A stretch of 64,000 nucleotides of DNA from an uncultured bacterium (GTDB lineage Bacteria; Zhuqueibacterota; QNDG01; DTFT01), in contig CAVTNR010000012.1 of NCBI GenBank assembly GCA_963736115.1, positions 96,001 through 160,000 of the forward strand, given 5' to 3'. The notes under the pieces are model-generated. The model ran no database searches, was not told the DNA's origin, and worked only from the letters and a program-made list of their open reading frames with translations. The position numbers and the translations under genes were made by a program. Shown here piece by piece: positions 29,652 to 39,804 of this stretch (the first letter of the stretch is position 1; each line of letters starts with the position of its first letter).

Positions 29652-31529
29652 CACGCCTTCGAGGCTGGTGCCCGCCGGTCTTCGGAGGTTCGCGGGCACA
29701 TTCGTGAGGGTCCAGAACAGGCCGCTCAGCAGCGGCTGGCCGGGCTGCACGTCGTTCTGGGTTCCGTCGTCCTTTGACTGAACGGCGTAGAAGTAGTCGA
29801 ATCCGCGGACCGCGGTCGTATCATCCCAGGTATGAACCGCGTCGCCGGCTCCGCACTCGAACACCTTCTCGTACACGGCCTTCGGATCCATCACGTTTCC
29901 CTGGGACCGGATCACGACGTATCCGCCGAAATGGGGATCGGCCGCGGCATTGCCGTTCCACGACAGCCGGATGCGGTCGCCGCCCGACTCCACCTTGAAC
30001 CACGACGGCGGGGGCGGCGGCTGGGGAATCGCGTACCCGGACAGGAAGGCCGTCCGGGCGCGCTGGAAGGTCTGCAGGAGGGAATCGCGGCCCGTCTGCA
30101 CCCAGGCGCGCTTGTACGCGGTGTGGTCGGTAGTCGACGCGCCGTCGGGCATGACGAGCGCCGGCGCCCCCGTTCCCTTGTAGACCTGCAGCCAGTTGCC
30201 GCCGACCTCGCGGTTCTTCTCGCGGCTCAGACCCGCGACCCCCTGGACCAGAACGACGCGGATGCTGTCCCCGTCGTTCAGGTCGTACGGACCGAAGCCC
30301 TGGGTGTTGGCGTACCCGCCGACGCCGCTGCCCCATTCGTTGGCCGGCGTTCCGGATTCTTCGATGTCCTGCGCCTGCGTCTTCTCGGCGTGCCCCTTGA
30401 TCATGAAGGCATAGCGCTTGGCCATGAACGTCTCGTCGTAAATGGACTGGGAAGTCGTGCGCTGGGAGATGTCCTCGTCGCTGTTGACATAATGAGTGGT
30501 CCGGGGCTGGGTCGGGTCGTCCGCCGGATTGCCGGGCGCCGTGTCGACGTGCAGGGCCGCCTGGCCGACGTACCGGGCCGCGGCCATGATGCCGGTGCCC
30601 TGTTCGTCCGGACAGCCCCAGTCATCCTCGAGGGACACGGGCCTCTCCGAATGCGGGCCGTACCAGGCGATATTGGCGCGCATGCGGTACGCCAGGGAAT
30701 TCGGATCATTGAACGCATCGGCTTCGGGGTTCGTGCCGATCACGTCATTCACCAGGTTGCGTCCGTAGCTCGAGTTCCCCACGCCCCAGGTCCGGTCGGT
30801 CGAATTCTCCGGAACGGATTCGCCGGCCAGGGCGTAGCGGTTGAGCAGCATGAACCAGAATCCCTTCACCGGCTGTTTGACCACCGTTCCGGCGCCGTCG
30901 ATGACGCCGGTGTTCTTCAGGGTGTAGTCGTATATGTAGTAATTGTCGTTGTACTGCTGGGTGTAGACGTAGACCTTCTTCGTGACCGTCACGCCGACCG
31001 GCGTGTGGTTCTTCACGACCAGCATCCGGTCCGCATTCAGGTCCGGGTCGATCTCGTCCAGCACGTCGTACAGGTTGTTGTGGTTGGCGAGCTGGTCGTC
31101 GACGGACACGACGGGGTGGTCGAAGCGGCCCACCAGCCGGAAGTCGACGGCATTTGGGATCGGCCGGCCCGCGGGATATTCGTTCGGCTTCATCCCGATG
31201 TTCGTGACGGCGTAGGCGAACACCTTGTCGACGGGCGCCTCGTAGTAGTCTGCACATCCCAGCCACATGCCGCGCGCGCGCAGGGTCGCCTGCACCAGGC
31301 CGTACTGCGCGGGCCAGGAGAAACGGTTGTTGTACTGGTTGTCGCCGCCGGTCTCCGGCTCGCATCCGTGCTCGGAGAAATAGCCGTGCAGCGCGTTGAC
31401 GCGCAGCCATTTCATCTGCTGGGACCAGCCGATATACTGGCCGCCCTGTCCGAGCAGGGGGCGGAACGGCAGGAGCAGGGCCGCCGCGGTCAGGGCGGGG
31501 ATTATCCGGTGGATGTTCATGTTCTTCAT
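29343..31529 (-). CDS. Secreted uncharacterised protein with FN3-like domain and VPNPY..KFVVIR CTD (module B)
   Basis: Paralog of 20835-22988 sharing FSWPAQYG, DWGCP, QGFGPY and PQPPPPP, with an identical CTD. The start could instead be 31541. Confidence 0.8.
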   Translation of the reverse strand: MKNMNIHRIIPALTAAALLLPFRPLLGQGGQYIGWSQQMKWLRVNALHGYFSEHGCEPETGGDNQYNNRFSWPAQYGLVQATLRARGMWLGCADYYEAPVDKVFAYAVTNIGMKPNEYPAGRPIPNAVDFRLVGRFDHPVVSVDDQLANHNNLYDVLDEIDPDLNADRMLVVKNHTPVGVTVTKKVYVYTQQYNDNYYIYDYTLKNTGVIDGAGTVVKQPVKGFWFMLLNRYALAGESVPENSTDRTWGVGNSSYGRNLVNDVIGTNPEADAFNDPNSLAYRMRANIAWYGPHSERPVSLEDDWGCPDEQGTGIMAAARYVGQAALHVDTAPGNPADDPTQPRTTHYVNSDEDISQRTTSQSIYDETFMAKRYAFMIKGHAEKTQAQDIEESGTPANEWGSGVGGYANTQGFGPYDLNDGDSIRVVLVQGVAGLSREKNREVGGNWLQVYKGTGAPALVMPDGASTTDHTAYKRAWVQTGRDSLLQTFQRARTAFLSGYAIPQPPPPPSWFKVESGGDRIRLSWNGNAAADPHFGGYVVIRSQGNVMDPKAVYEKVFECGAGDAVHTWDDTTAVRGFDYFYAVQSKDDGTQNDVQPGQPLLSGLFWTLTNVPANLRRPAGTSLEGVRVVPNPYDLRSRMFQFGDESQYDRIAFYGLPPRCKVRVYTERGDLVWSKEHTNGAGDELWDSMTSSRQIIVSGIYLLYVEVTEDGAGFSKGESVIRKFVVIR

Positions 31530-31554
31530 GATCGGCCTCACGGTCGTTTGGGGA

Positions 31555-34500
31555 TTATCGCAGGTCCAGGGTCATCCGCACGCCGAAAAAGACCTGTCGC
31601 GGATTCAGGAACGTGAACGACGTCACGGCCGGCATGTCGATGTAGGCCTTGTCGTCCAGTATCCGGTTCAGGCGGCTCTGGCCGACATCGGCCCATGCGC
31701 CACCGGCGTACTCGACGGTCCGCCCGGTGCTCCGGTCGTAATAGATGACCCCGGGATCTCCCGTGTCGGAGGCGTAGTTGATCGTTCCGCGTCCGAACAT
31801 CGGCTGGTACGCCACGCCCCGTCTCCGGTATTCCCCGATACGGTCGTTGCCCGGAATGTTGTCATAGGCCTTGCTCTTCGGCAGGTGCAGGCTGTTGTAG
31901 TACAGGTCTCGGTCGCTCGCCTTGCCCCCGAAGTTCGCGAGCGACATGCGCTTCAGGTTGAACAGGTTCTCGACGTCCGCGAAGGCTTCCATGCGCACGC
32001 TCCCGAACCGGACGCTCTTGCTCAGCCGGAGAACCGACGTATAGACGGCCTTCCTCTGCACGTTGTAGGAGAGGGACCGGATCTGCTTGGGGTTCCAGGT
32101 CTCCCACGCCCCCGCCTGCCATCCGAGCAGGACATTGGCCAGAAAGCCGCTCATCGGGTGGCCGCCCAGCAGGCGCGGGCCGAATCCGGACGGCGAGACC
32201 AGCGAGACATTGACCCGCGCGTAGGGACGGGGCGTCGGCCTGTCCTGGTAGAGGTTGACCGTGGACTCGTCGTACTCCCGCTGCAGGGACGGATCCTCGT
32301 AGATCTGTTCGCGGCCGAAGTGCCCGGATGTGGTCACCTGGTATGTGTAATTGCCGAAGAAGGTCCACCACCGCCCCCGGTTCTTCCGGAGCGTGAGCTC
32401 AAAGCCGCGGATGTCCTCGTAGCTGTTGCTCGTGGACCGCTGGTAGGAAACGCCGCCGACCGACAGGTACTGGGTGGCGTTCTGCTGGTCGCTGATGTCG
32501 TGGTAGAAGGCGGCGACCTGGGCCAGCAGCGCGTTGTCCAGAAGCGCGTAATCGAATCCGAGTTCGTACGAGATCGTCCTGGCGAGAATCAGGTCCGGGT
32601 CGCCGAACAGGGTCAGCATGTGGTCGTTGGAACGGCCGATCCGGAAAAGTGATTCATAGGACGGCATCTGCTTGAAGTGGCCGTAATTGAAGAACAGTTT
32701 GGAATTCTCCGTGATGGGATGCGAGATCCCGAGCCTGGGGCTGAGCTGCCACTGGGCCCGCGTCTTCTTCATGGGAAATTCCATGTCCTCGCTGTACAGC
32801 CGCGTGAAGAAGGTCGCGTTGTACGGGTCCACGTTCCACCACTCGGCGTTCGAGTTGCTGACATCGAGCCGGAGTCCCGCGTTCATGATGAAGCCCTTGG
32901 TTTCGAGCTTGTCCTGCACGTAGGCGGCGGCGCGGTAGGGAAACTGATTCATCCGGACGCGCACGTCGTATGAATCGGCGAAATAATTGGAAACGGTGCC
33001 GTAGTCGAACCGCAGGTCATTGTACGTGAATTCGACGCCCGCCTTGACCAGGTTGGCGAAATTGACCTGGCTGGTCATGTCGGCCTTCAGCGTGGTGGAG
33101 GCGGTGCGGGTGTTGTCGCGCTGTTTGCAGGTGAACCCCCCGAACACCATGCCCGATATGCCGAGCTGGTCGTCCGGGTTGTACCCGAACGGCGCCTCGT
33201 CCACGAAATAGCCCGGTACGATCTCGGTTGTCCTCGACGTGTCGCGCAGTGTGCCTTTCCGGGCCCAGTAGTTGCGGGCGAAACGCTCCAGGGAAACCTC
33301 GTAGAACGTTTTCGGATTCAGCGCGTGCGTGAACTTGGCGGACAGGTTCTGATGGCTGATGTCGGTCGGGCTGAAAATGCCCGTCCCGAACAGGGAGGAG
33401 TGGCTGTTGCCGATCACCGAGGCGATCGTGGCGGCGTCGCGGACGTAAAAGGGCGCCCAGTTCTGCATCATGGTGTACTGCTTGCCGATCAGCCCGGTGA
33501 CCACCAGGTGCATGGCGGGAGACAGGTCCGTCGTGAGCTTCATGGACCAGTCGTAGTCGACATAATCGGGCCGGCTCAGGGGCACCACGAGCATGCTGCG
33601 GTTCCGGCGGTAGGAGGTGAAGAAGCGGAGATTGCCCAGCGGCCTGCCGATGAGCGGAATCAGCCCCCCGAAACCCGCGTCGATGTTGTAATCCTGCTGG
33701 TCGTACACCGGCTTCTTGCGGGTCTCCCACATGTACACGCGCTGGGCGCCGAACGGCGACAGGTCGTTGGTCGGGTCGGAATCGCTCATCAGCCGTTCCG
33801 AGATGGCGTTCCATCCCTCGAAATCGGGGTACTGGAGGCGGGTGTACTTGTCCCATCCCGTCCACCGGCCGTCCCCGTTCATGTCGGTGTAGGTTTCGCC
33901 GGCCTGCCAGTTCGCGTCGCCGTTCCCGTCCGTGAAAGGCTCGCCCGCGGTTCCCATCCAGCAGACCTCGTCGTCGAAATACGGCTTGAGGAAGAAGCCG
34001 TTCCGGTCGAACGGCGAGATTCCGAAGTTCTTCATGCCCGGCGGCGAGATCTTGAATTCCACGCTTCCCTGGTATCCCGATTTGCCGCCCTCCCGAGTGA
34101 CCACGTTCACGATGCCCGAGCGGACCTGGCCGTACTCGGCGTTGAATCCGCCGCGCTCGATCGAGATCTCCTTGATGGCGGACAGCGGGATGCTGGACAC
34201 GGGCGAGTTGTTCCGCGGGTCGCGCAGGGTGATGCCGTCCATGAGAATGAGGGCCTCATCCGCGCCGGCGCCGCGGATCTGGAATCCGCCCTGGATGCCG
34301 GCCTGGAGGGACACCACGTTCTCGACGTTCGAGACCGGCAGTTCCCGCACTTCCTCAGCGGACACGGCCGTGACGCTGGTCGCGACGTCCGGCCGGACGG
34401 CCTCGCGCTTCGCGGCCACGGTGACGGCCTCTCCCTTGAGCACCTCCTGCTTCATCTTCAGATCCACGCGCGCGGTCTGGTCGATCAGGACCCGGACGTC

Positions 34501-34773
34501 CTCCACGGAAGTCCGGGCGTATCCCATGAGCGAGATGACCACGGTGACCGTTCCCGGCGGCACTTCCAGAATCGTGTAATTGCCGTCCAGGTCCGTCGCC
34601 GCTCCGAGAGCCAGACCCTGAACCATCACATTGGCCCCGGGCAGGGGAGCTCCGGTTTTTCCGTCGACAATGGTTCCTGCGATTTTTCCCCGGGTGCCGG
34701 AGACGGCCGGAACCGACAGGACGGCCGCGCAGAACAGGATCCATCCCAAGATCCGGTGTTCAGCAGTTTTCAT
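31555..34773 (-). CDS. TonB-dependent receptor (module B)
   Basis: Paralog of receptor A (ERGGFNAEYGQV, WQLSPRLGISHPITENSKLFFNYGHFKQMP); GGAGG precedes ATG 34773. Confidence 0.92.
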   Translation of the reverse strand: MKTAEHRILGWILFCAAVLSVPAVSGTRGKIAGTIVDGKTGAPLPGANVMVQGLALGAATDLDGNYTILEVPPGTVTVVISLMGYARTSVEDVRVLIDQTARVDLKMKQEVLKGEAVTVAAKREAVRPDVATSVTAVSAEEVRELPVSNVENVVSLQAGIQGGFQIRGAGADEALILMDGITLRDPRNNSPVSSIPLSAIKEISIERGGFNAEYGQVRSGIVNVVTREGGKSGYQGSVEFKISPPGMKNFGISPFDRNGFFLKPYFDDEVCWMGTAGEPFTDGNGDANWQAGETYTDMNGDGRWTGWDKYTRLQYPDFEGWNAISERLMSDSDPTNDLSPFGAQRVYMWETRKKPVYDQQDYNIDAGFGGLIPLIGRPLGNLRFFTSYRRNRSMLVVPLSRPDYVDYDWSMKLTTDLSPAMHLVVTGLIGKQYTMMQNWAPFYVRDAATIASVIGNSHSSLFGTGIFSPTDISHQNLSAKFTHALNPKTFYEVSLERFARNYWARKGTLRDTSRTTEIVPGYFVDEAPFGYNPDDQLGISGMVFGGFTCKQRDNTRTASTTLKADMTSQVNFANLVKAGVEFTYNDLRFDYGTVSNYFADSYDVRVRMNQFPYRAAAYVQDKLETKGFIMNAGLRLDVSNSNAEWWNVDPYNATFFTRLYSEDMEFPMKKTRAQWQLSPRLGISHPITENSKLFFNYGHFKQMPSYESLFRIGRSNDHMLTLFGDPDLILARTISYELGFDYALLDNALLAQVAAFYHDISDQQNATQYLSVGGVSYQRSTSNSYEDIRGFELTLRKNRGRWWTFFGNYTYQVTTSGHFGREQIYEDPSLQREYDESTVNLYQDRPTPRPYARVNVSLVSPSGFGPRLLGGHPMSGFLANVLLGWQAGAWETWNPKQIRSLSYNVQRKAVYTSVLRLSKSVRFGSVRMEAFADVENLFNLKRMSLANFGGKASDRDLYYNSLHLPKSKAYDNIPGNDRIGEYRRRGVAYQPMFGRGTINYASDTGDPGVIYYDRSTGRTVEYAGGAWADVGQSRLNRILDDKAYIDMPAVTSFTFLNPRQVFFGVRMTLDLR

Positions 34774-35101
34774 GTCAACCTCCAGACAAAATGCGTCCAC
34801 GGTATTGCTTGTTCATTGAAAAGACGAATGGTTGTATCCGTCTGTGACTGACTCTCTCGCGTAAGTCGATCTACCGACAGAATACGCTCAAGGCGCTCCT
34901 CTGTCATGATTATTTCCGATAATGAATGAAATAACTGCGCTGGACAGGATACGAAAGATAATTTGTACGGAATTTTTGAAAATCAGGAACCGAAATACGG
35001 TCTTCGGGAATGTCGCGACCCTCAGCAATCCAACAGTTTGTTTCCATTCGCATGGGTTCTCCGGATGCCGGGTGCAGATGAATGGAACTCGTCCTATTAC
35101 A

Positions 35102-35119
35102 GTAAACGTTAACGATAAC
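35102..35119. promoter_or_regulatory. Candidate LacI-type operator upstream of module B
   Basis: GTAAACGTTAAC overlapping GTTAACGATAAC, near-palindromes with a central CG. Confidence 0.4.
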
Positions 35120-35537
35120 GCCGAAAACCGGTTCTTCAGGCGTCCGGATCAGAGATGAATATGTGTTTCGCTATTTATCGAAAGGAATGGTTCGAATAAG
35201 ATACAACTTTTTATCCCGAATGCAAGTTGTTTTCATTTTTTACTAAACCGCTCCATCAGCCGGATCCTGAAAACGCGAAAATGACCGGAAATCGGCCATG
35301 CCCGGACATCCCATTCATGCTTCTACGGCGCGTTCATTCCGCACCTGTCTTATCCGTTGGTCCGGCAGCAGGGCTGTTGCATTTCCCAGCTAAGAGTATT
35401 CACCCCCCAAATGACAAACCTTTCAATCGGGCGGCCAGAAGCCTGGTCATTCCGGTTCCAGTTTTTCTGAATGATCGGAGATTGGGCTTCTGGCCGCTCC
35501 GACGGGTCGGCTTCTCGGCCTCTTTCGGGGTCCATCA

Positions 35538-35576
35538 TCCAAGTTTCTTGCGATACTCCGCTGCTGACGGCAGGGT
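35538..35576. repeat. Dispersed intergenic repeat, copy 2
   Basis: Inverted match to 2500-2538. Confidence 0.7.
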
Positions 35577-35663
35577 CCTTCAATATTTTATAGTGGCATT
35601 TTTTTGAAATTTGTTTTAACTTGAAATAGCGAAGAATCCCTCTTCCCTCAAAGGAGCCGCCCG

Positions 35664-38105
35664 ATGAAATCCCGGCCTGTCCTGAAGACAATTCCCATCC
35701 TGACCCTTCTGCTCATCACCGCTTGCCCGTTGCTGGATATAGCCGCAGGCGCCGCTTCTCCCCGAAAAGAGGATAATTTCAACGGGGATTGGAGATTCAA
35801 GCTTGGCGAAGTCTCGGACGGCCAAGCGGCCGGCCTGGACGATTCCGGATGGAGAAGCCTGACTCTTCCCCACGACTGGAGCATAGAAGGTGAATTCAGC
35901 GAATCGCACCCCGCCTCTCCGGGTGGCGGCGCCCTGCCGGGCGGCATCGGATGGTACCGCAGGACATTCAGCATCAGCGATGCGGACCGGGGGGGGCTGG
36001 TTTTCGCGGATTTCGACGGTATCTATCGAAACGCCGAAGTCTGGATCAACGGCAAATCCCTGGGCCTGCGGCCCTCTGGATACAGCTCCTTCAGGCTGGA
36101 GCTGACCCCATTCCTCAATTACGGCGATATTCCGAACGTGCTGGCCGTGCGCGTGGACAACTCGGCACAGCCCAATTCCAGATGGTACTCGGGGTCCGGC
36201 ATATACCGGAACGTCCGGCTCGTGACCACGGGCCGGATTTTTACGGACCTCTGGGGCGTTTTCATCACCACGCCCGAGACAGGCACTGAAAGGGCATCGG
36301 TCCGCGCTGAAATCCGTCTCCGGAACCGGACCCGGTCCGACCGGACGGTCACGGTCTCAACCCTTTTCCGCGACGACCGCGGCGCATCGGCCGCGGAAGC
36401 CTCGGCCGATGTTCTCGTACCCGCGGATTCCTACGCGTCCGTGGTCCTGAACGCGGAGATCCGGAACCCCGGACTGTGGTCCGTCGACTCGCCCCGGCTG
36501 TACACGGCCGAGACCGCGATTCGTGACGGAGCCGAAACCCTCGATGCCGTGACCACGCCTTTCGGCATACGGAGTTTCGTTTTCGACCGGGAGAAGGGAT
36601 TCCTCCTCAACGGCAGGCCGGTGAAGATACTCGGCGTGTGCAACCACCACGACCTCGGCTGTCTCGGCGCGGCCGTGAACCGGCGGGCCCTGGAGCGCCA
36701 GCTCGAAATCCTCAAAGACATGGGCTGCAACGCCATCCGCACGTCCCACAACCCGCCCGCGCCGGAACTGCTGGACCTCTGCGACCGCATGGGATTTCTC
36801 GTCATGGACGAGGCCTTTGACATGTGGCGGAAGAAGAAAACCGAATTCGATTATTCCGCGGACTTCGACGCCTGGCACCGCCGCGACCTCGAGGCCATGG
36901 TCCTCCGCGACCGGAACCACCCGTCCGTGTTCGCCTGGAGCATCGGGAACGAGATTCTGGAACAGTGGGACAGCACGGGCACGCCCCTGGCGGTCGAACT
37001 GGCCGGCATCGTGCGGTCCCTGGATCCGACGCGGCCCGTCACTTCGGCCTGCAATGACCCGAAGCCCGGGAACGCAATCCTCCTCTCCGGAGCTCTCGAT
37101 CTGATCGGATACAACTACCACCACGACACGTTCGCCGATTTCCTCCGGACCTTCCCGGAGGGCGCGTTCATCGGCGCCGAGACGACCTCGGCCCTGGCCA
37201 CGCGCGGCCGCTATGACATGCCGTCCGACAGCATCCGGCGCTGGCCGGTTGCGTGGGACAAGCCTTTCACGGATGGGAACCCGGACCACACCTGTTCCGC
37301 TTATGACAACTGCTCCGCGCCCTGGGGATCCACGCACGAGGAGACCTGGCGGATCATTCGAAAATATCCGTTCCTGTCGGGCCTCTTCATCTGGACGGGA
37401 TTCGACTATCTGGGCGAGCCCACTCCCTACGGCTGGCCCGCGCGCTCCTCCTATTTCGGCATCTGCGACCTGGCCGGATTCCCCAAGGACGCGTACTACC
37501 TGTACCGGAGCGAGTGGACGGACGAGCCAGTGTTGCACGTGTTCCCCCACTGGAACTGGAAGGCCGGGGACACGGTGGACGTCTGGGCCTACACGAATTT
37601 CAGGACCGTGGAGCTCTTTCTCAACGGAAAATCGCTCGGGAAGAAGGAAAAAGCCGGGGATCTCCTGCGCCTCCAGTGGCGCGTGGCCTGGCAGCCGGGC
37701 GTTCTCAAAGCCGTGGGTACGAAACCCGGATGGAAAAACGCGGTCCGTGAAGTGCGCACGGCGGGGCCGCCCAGCCGCCTGGTTCTGGAGCCGGACCGCC
37801 GCCGCATCAGCGCGGACGGAGAGGATCTGTCCTTTGTCACCGTGCGCGTCACGGATGCGGACGGAATCATCGTGCCCCATGCCGCAAACCGCGTCGATTT
37901 CACCGTGACCGGGCCCGGAATCCTGGCCGGCACGGACAACGGCGACCCGACCGACCACGATTCCTTTCAGTCCTCGTCCCGCAGGGCCATGGCCGGGCTG
38001 TGCCTGGCCGTCATCCGGTCCGCGGGCAGGCCGGGGACCGTGATCGTGCGGGCCAGAAGCGAGGGGCTTCAGCAGGCCGCGGCCGCGATCCGCGCCGAGG
38101 AATAA
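35664..38105 (+). CDS. GH2 glycoside hydrolase (beta-galactosidase-like)
   Basis: LPHDWSI, SRWYSGSGIYR, GVCNHHD, NAIRTSHNP, RNHPSV..WSIGNE, WTGFDYLGEP. Confidence 0.93.
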   Translation: MKSRPVLKTIPILTLLLITACPLLDIAAGAASPRKEDNFNGDWRFKLGEVSDGQAAGLDDSGWRSLTLPHDWSIEGEFSESHPASPGGGALPGGIGWYRRTFSISDADRGGLVFADFDGIYRNAEVWINGKSLGLRPSGYSSFRLELTPFLNYGDIPNVLAVRVDNSAQPNSRWYSGSGIYRNVRLVTTGRIFTDLWGVFITTPETGTERASVRAEIRLRNRTRSDRTVTVSTLFRDDRGASAAEASADVLVPADSYASVVLNAEIRNPGLWSVDSPRLYTAETAIRDGAETLDAVTTPFGIRSFVFDREKGFLLNGRPVKILGVCNHHDLGCLGAAVNRRALERQLEILKDMGCNAIRTSHNPPAPELLDLCDRMGFLVMDEAFDMWRKKKTEFDYSADFDAWHRRDLEAMVLRDRNHPSVFAWSIGNEILEQWDSTGTPLAVELAGIVRSLDPTRPVTSACNDPKPGNAILLSGALDLIGYNYHHDTFADFLRTFPEGAFIGAETTSALATRGRYDMPSDSIRRWPVAWDKPFTDGNPDHTCSAYDNCSAPWGSTHEETWRIIRKYPFLSGLFIWTGFDYLGEPTPYGWPARSSYFGICDLAGFPKDAYYLYRSEWTDEPVLHVFPHWNWKAGDTVDVWAYTNFRTVELFLNGKSLGKKEKAGDLLRLQWRVAWQPGVLKAVGTKPGWKNAVREVRTAGPPSRLVLEPDRRRISADGEDLSFVTVRVTDADGIIVPHAANRVDFTVTGPGILAGTDNGDPTDHDSFQSSSRRAMAGLCLAVIRSAGRPGTVIVRARSEGLQQAAAAIRAEE

Positions 38106-38140
38106 CGCACAGCGCACGGGGCAAAGCGCAGAGTATCTTT

Positions 38141-38243
38141 CTCGTTCCAACGGTCCCCGTGGGAACGCCTGCGATCGGCGCTCCACGCCATGCGTCATGT
38201 CCTTCCCGCAGTGCGCCGTGCCCCATGCGCTCTGCGCCGTGCA
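38141..38243. repeat. REP-like palindrome plus heptamer repeats
   Basis: CGTTCCAACGGTCCCCGTGGGAACG (second copy near 39690), then TGCGCCG/TGCCCCA/TGCGCTC/TGCGCCG. Confidence 0.65.
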
Positions 38244-38340
38244 ATCTTATTCTCCGGCCTGGGGCTCCCGCCCCTGGGCGGCTGATGCGCTTTGCCCTGT
38301 ACGCCATCATTGGATCACTAAATAAAAGGAAGGACATCCG

Positions 38341-39642
38341 ATGCGAACATTAAAAATGATACGGTTTGCCCGTCCGCTGAACGGGATTCTGGCTCTCGCC
38401 TTCCTCCTCCCCGCCGTCTCCTCGCAAGGCCAGATCGCCGCGGGAAAGGACAAGTTTCTCGGCAACATCATCGCGAACGGCTACAGCCCGCCGGCGCGGT
38501 TCGACACGTACTGGAACCAGGTGACCCCGGAGAACAGCGGCAAATGGGGATCCGTGGAGGGAACGCGGGATCAGATGAACTGGGGCAGCCTGGACAAGAT
38601 CTACGAATACGCGAAACATCGCGAAATTCCATTCAGGATGCACACGCTGGTCTGGGGCCAGCAGCAGCCCGGCTGGATCGCCTCTCTTTCCCGGGAAGAA
38701 CAGCTCGCGGAAGTCGAGGAGTGGATCGCCGAGTTCGGCGACCGGTACCCTGAGACGGATTTCATCGACGTGGTCAACGAGCCCCTTCACGCGCCTCCGT
38801 CCTACATGAACGCCCTCGGCGGAAGCGGAAGCACGGGGTGGGACTGGGTGATCCGCGCGTTCGAGCTGGCGCGGGCCGCCTGCCCGGACGCCAAACTGCA
38901 CCTGAACGACTACGGCATTCTGAACGACGCCGGGTCCACGACGCGCTACCTCGCCATCGTCAACCTGCTGAAGGACCGCGGCCTGATCGACGGAATCTGT
39001 GAACAGGGCCATTTCTTCGAATCGACGCCCATACAGACCCTCACCTCCAATCTCAACCGGTTCGCGGCCGTCGGCCTGCCGGTCTTCATCACGGAACACG
39101 ACGTGAACATCGCGGACGACACGGCGCAGCTGAACCGGTACAAGCAGCTCTTTCCCGTTTTCTGGGGCCACTCCGCCGTTCAGGGGATGACCCTCTGGGG
39201 CTACATTCAGAGTCAGATCTGGCGGACCGACGCCTGGCTGATCAACAGCAAGGGCGTCGAAAGGCCGGCGATGGAATGGCTCAAGGATTACGTGGCGAAT
39301 GCGACGGCCGTCGATGCCGGACCGGCCGGGCCCGGCTCCGCGCCGGGAAGCTTCCGCCTGCACCCGAACTCGCCCAATCCGTTCAATCCGTCCACCCGGA
39401 TCGCGTATGAACTCACCGAACCGGCGCATGTGCGGATCGAAGTGTTCGATCTGAAGGGCCGGAGGATCGCGGTTCCGGTGGACAGCCGGACCGCAGCCGG
39501 CTTTCATGAAACCGGGTGGGAGGCCCGCGACCGGTCGGGCCGAAGCCTGCCCGGAGGCGTGTATGTATATCGGATGACCGTCGCGGATGGGAGCGGCCGG
39601 GTGCGCCCCGTGCAATCCAGGACCATGCTCCTGCTGAAGTGA
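38341..39642 (+). CDS. GH10 endo-1,4-beta-xylanase with T9SS/FlgD-type CTD
   Basis: VTPENSGKW, HTLVW, DVVNEP (acid/base), ITEHD (nucleophile); CTD PNPFNPST..MLLLK. Confidence 0.92.
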   Translation: MRTLKMIRFARPLNGILALAFLLPAVSSQGQIAAGKDKFLGNIIANGYSPPARFDTYWNQVTPENSGKWGSVEGTRDQMNWGSLDKIYEYAKHREIPFRMHTLVWGQQQPGWIASLSREEQLAEVEEWIAEFGDRYPETDFIDVVNEPLHAPPSYMNALGGSGSTGWDWVIRAFELARAACPDAKLHLNDYGILNDAGSTTRYLAIVNLLKDRGLIDGICEQGHFFESTPIQTLTSNLNRFAAVGLPVFITEHDVNIADDTAQLNRYKQLFPVFWGHSAVQGMTLWGYIQSQIWRTDAWLINSKGVERPAMEWLKDYVANATAVDAGPAGPGSAPGSFRLHPNSPNPFNPSTRIAYELTEPAHVRIEVFDLKGRRIAVPVDSRTAAGFHETGWEARDRSGRSLPGGVYVYRMTVADGSGRVRPVQSRTMLLLK

Positions 39643-39689
39643 AAACGCCGGGGGCACGGGGCAAAACGCAGGGGGGCAGTAAAATTTAT

Positions 39690-39735
39690 CGTTCCCACGG
39701 TCCCCGTGGGGACGCCCGCTCCCGGCGCTCCGCGA
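39690..39735. repeat. REP-like palindrome, second copy
   Basis: CGTTCCCACGGTCCCCGTGGGGACG..CGGCGCTCC. Confidence 0.65.
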
Positions 39736-39804
39736 CGTGACTTTTTCGCTGTACGCTTTGCTGTTCTCGACAATCCATTCATTCAACAAAAAAAGGACCG
39801 CCTC

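Noticed and set aside
34780-35660. Riboswitch or sRNA in the long divergent spacer
   Set aside because: I recognise no Rfam-type motif by eye. An Infernal scan would be needed to exclude one.
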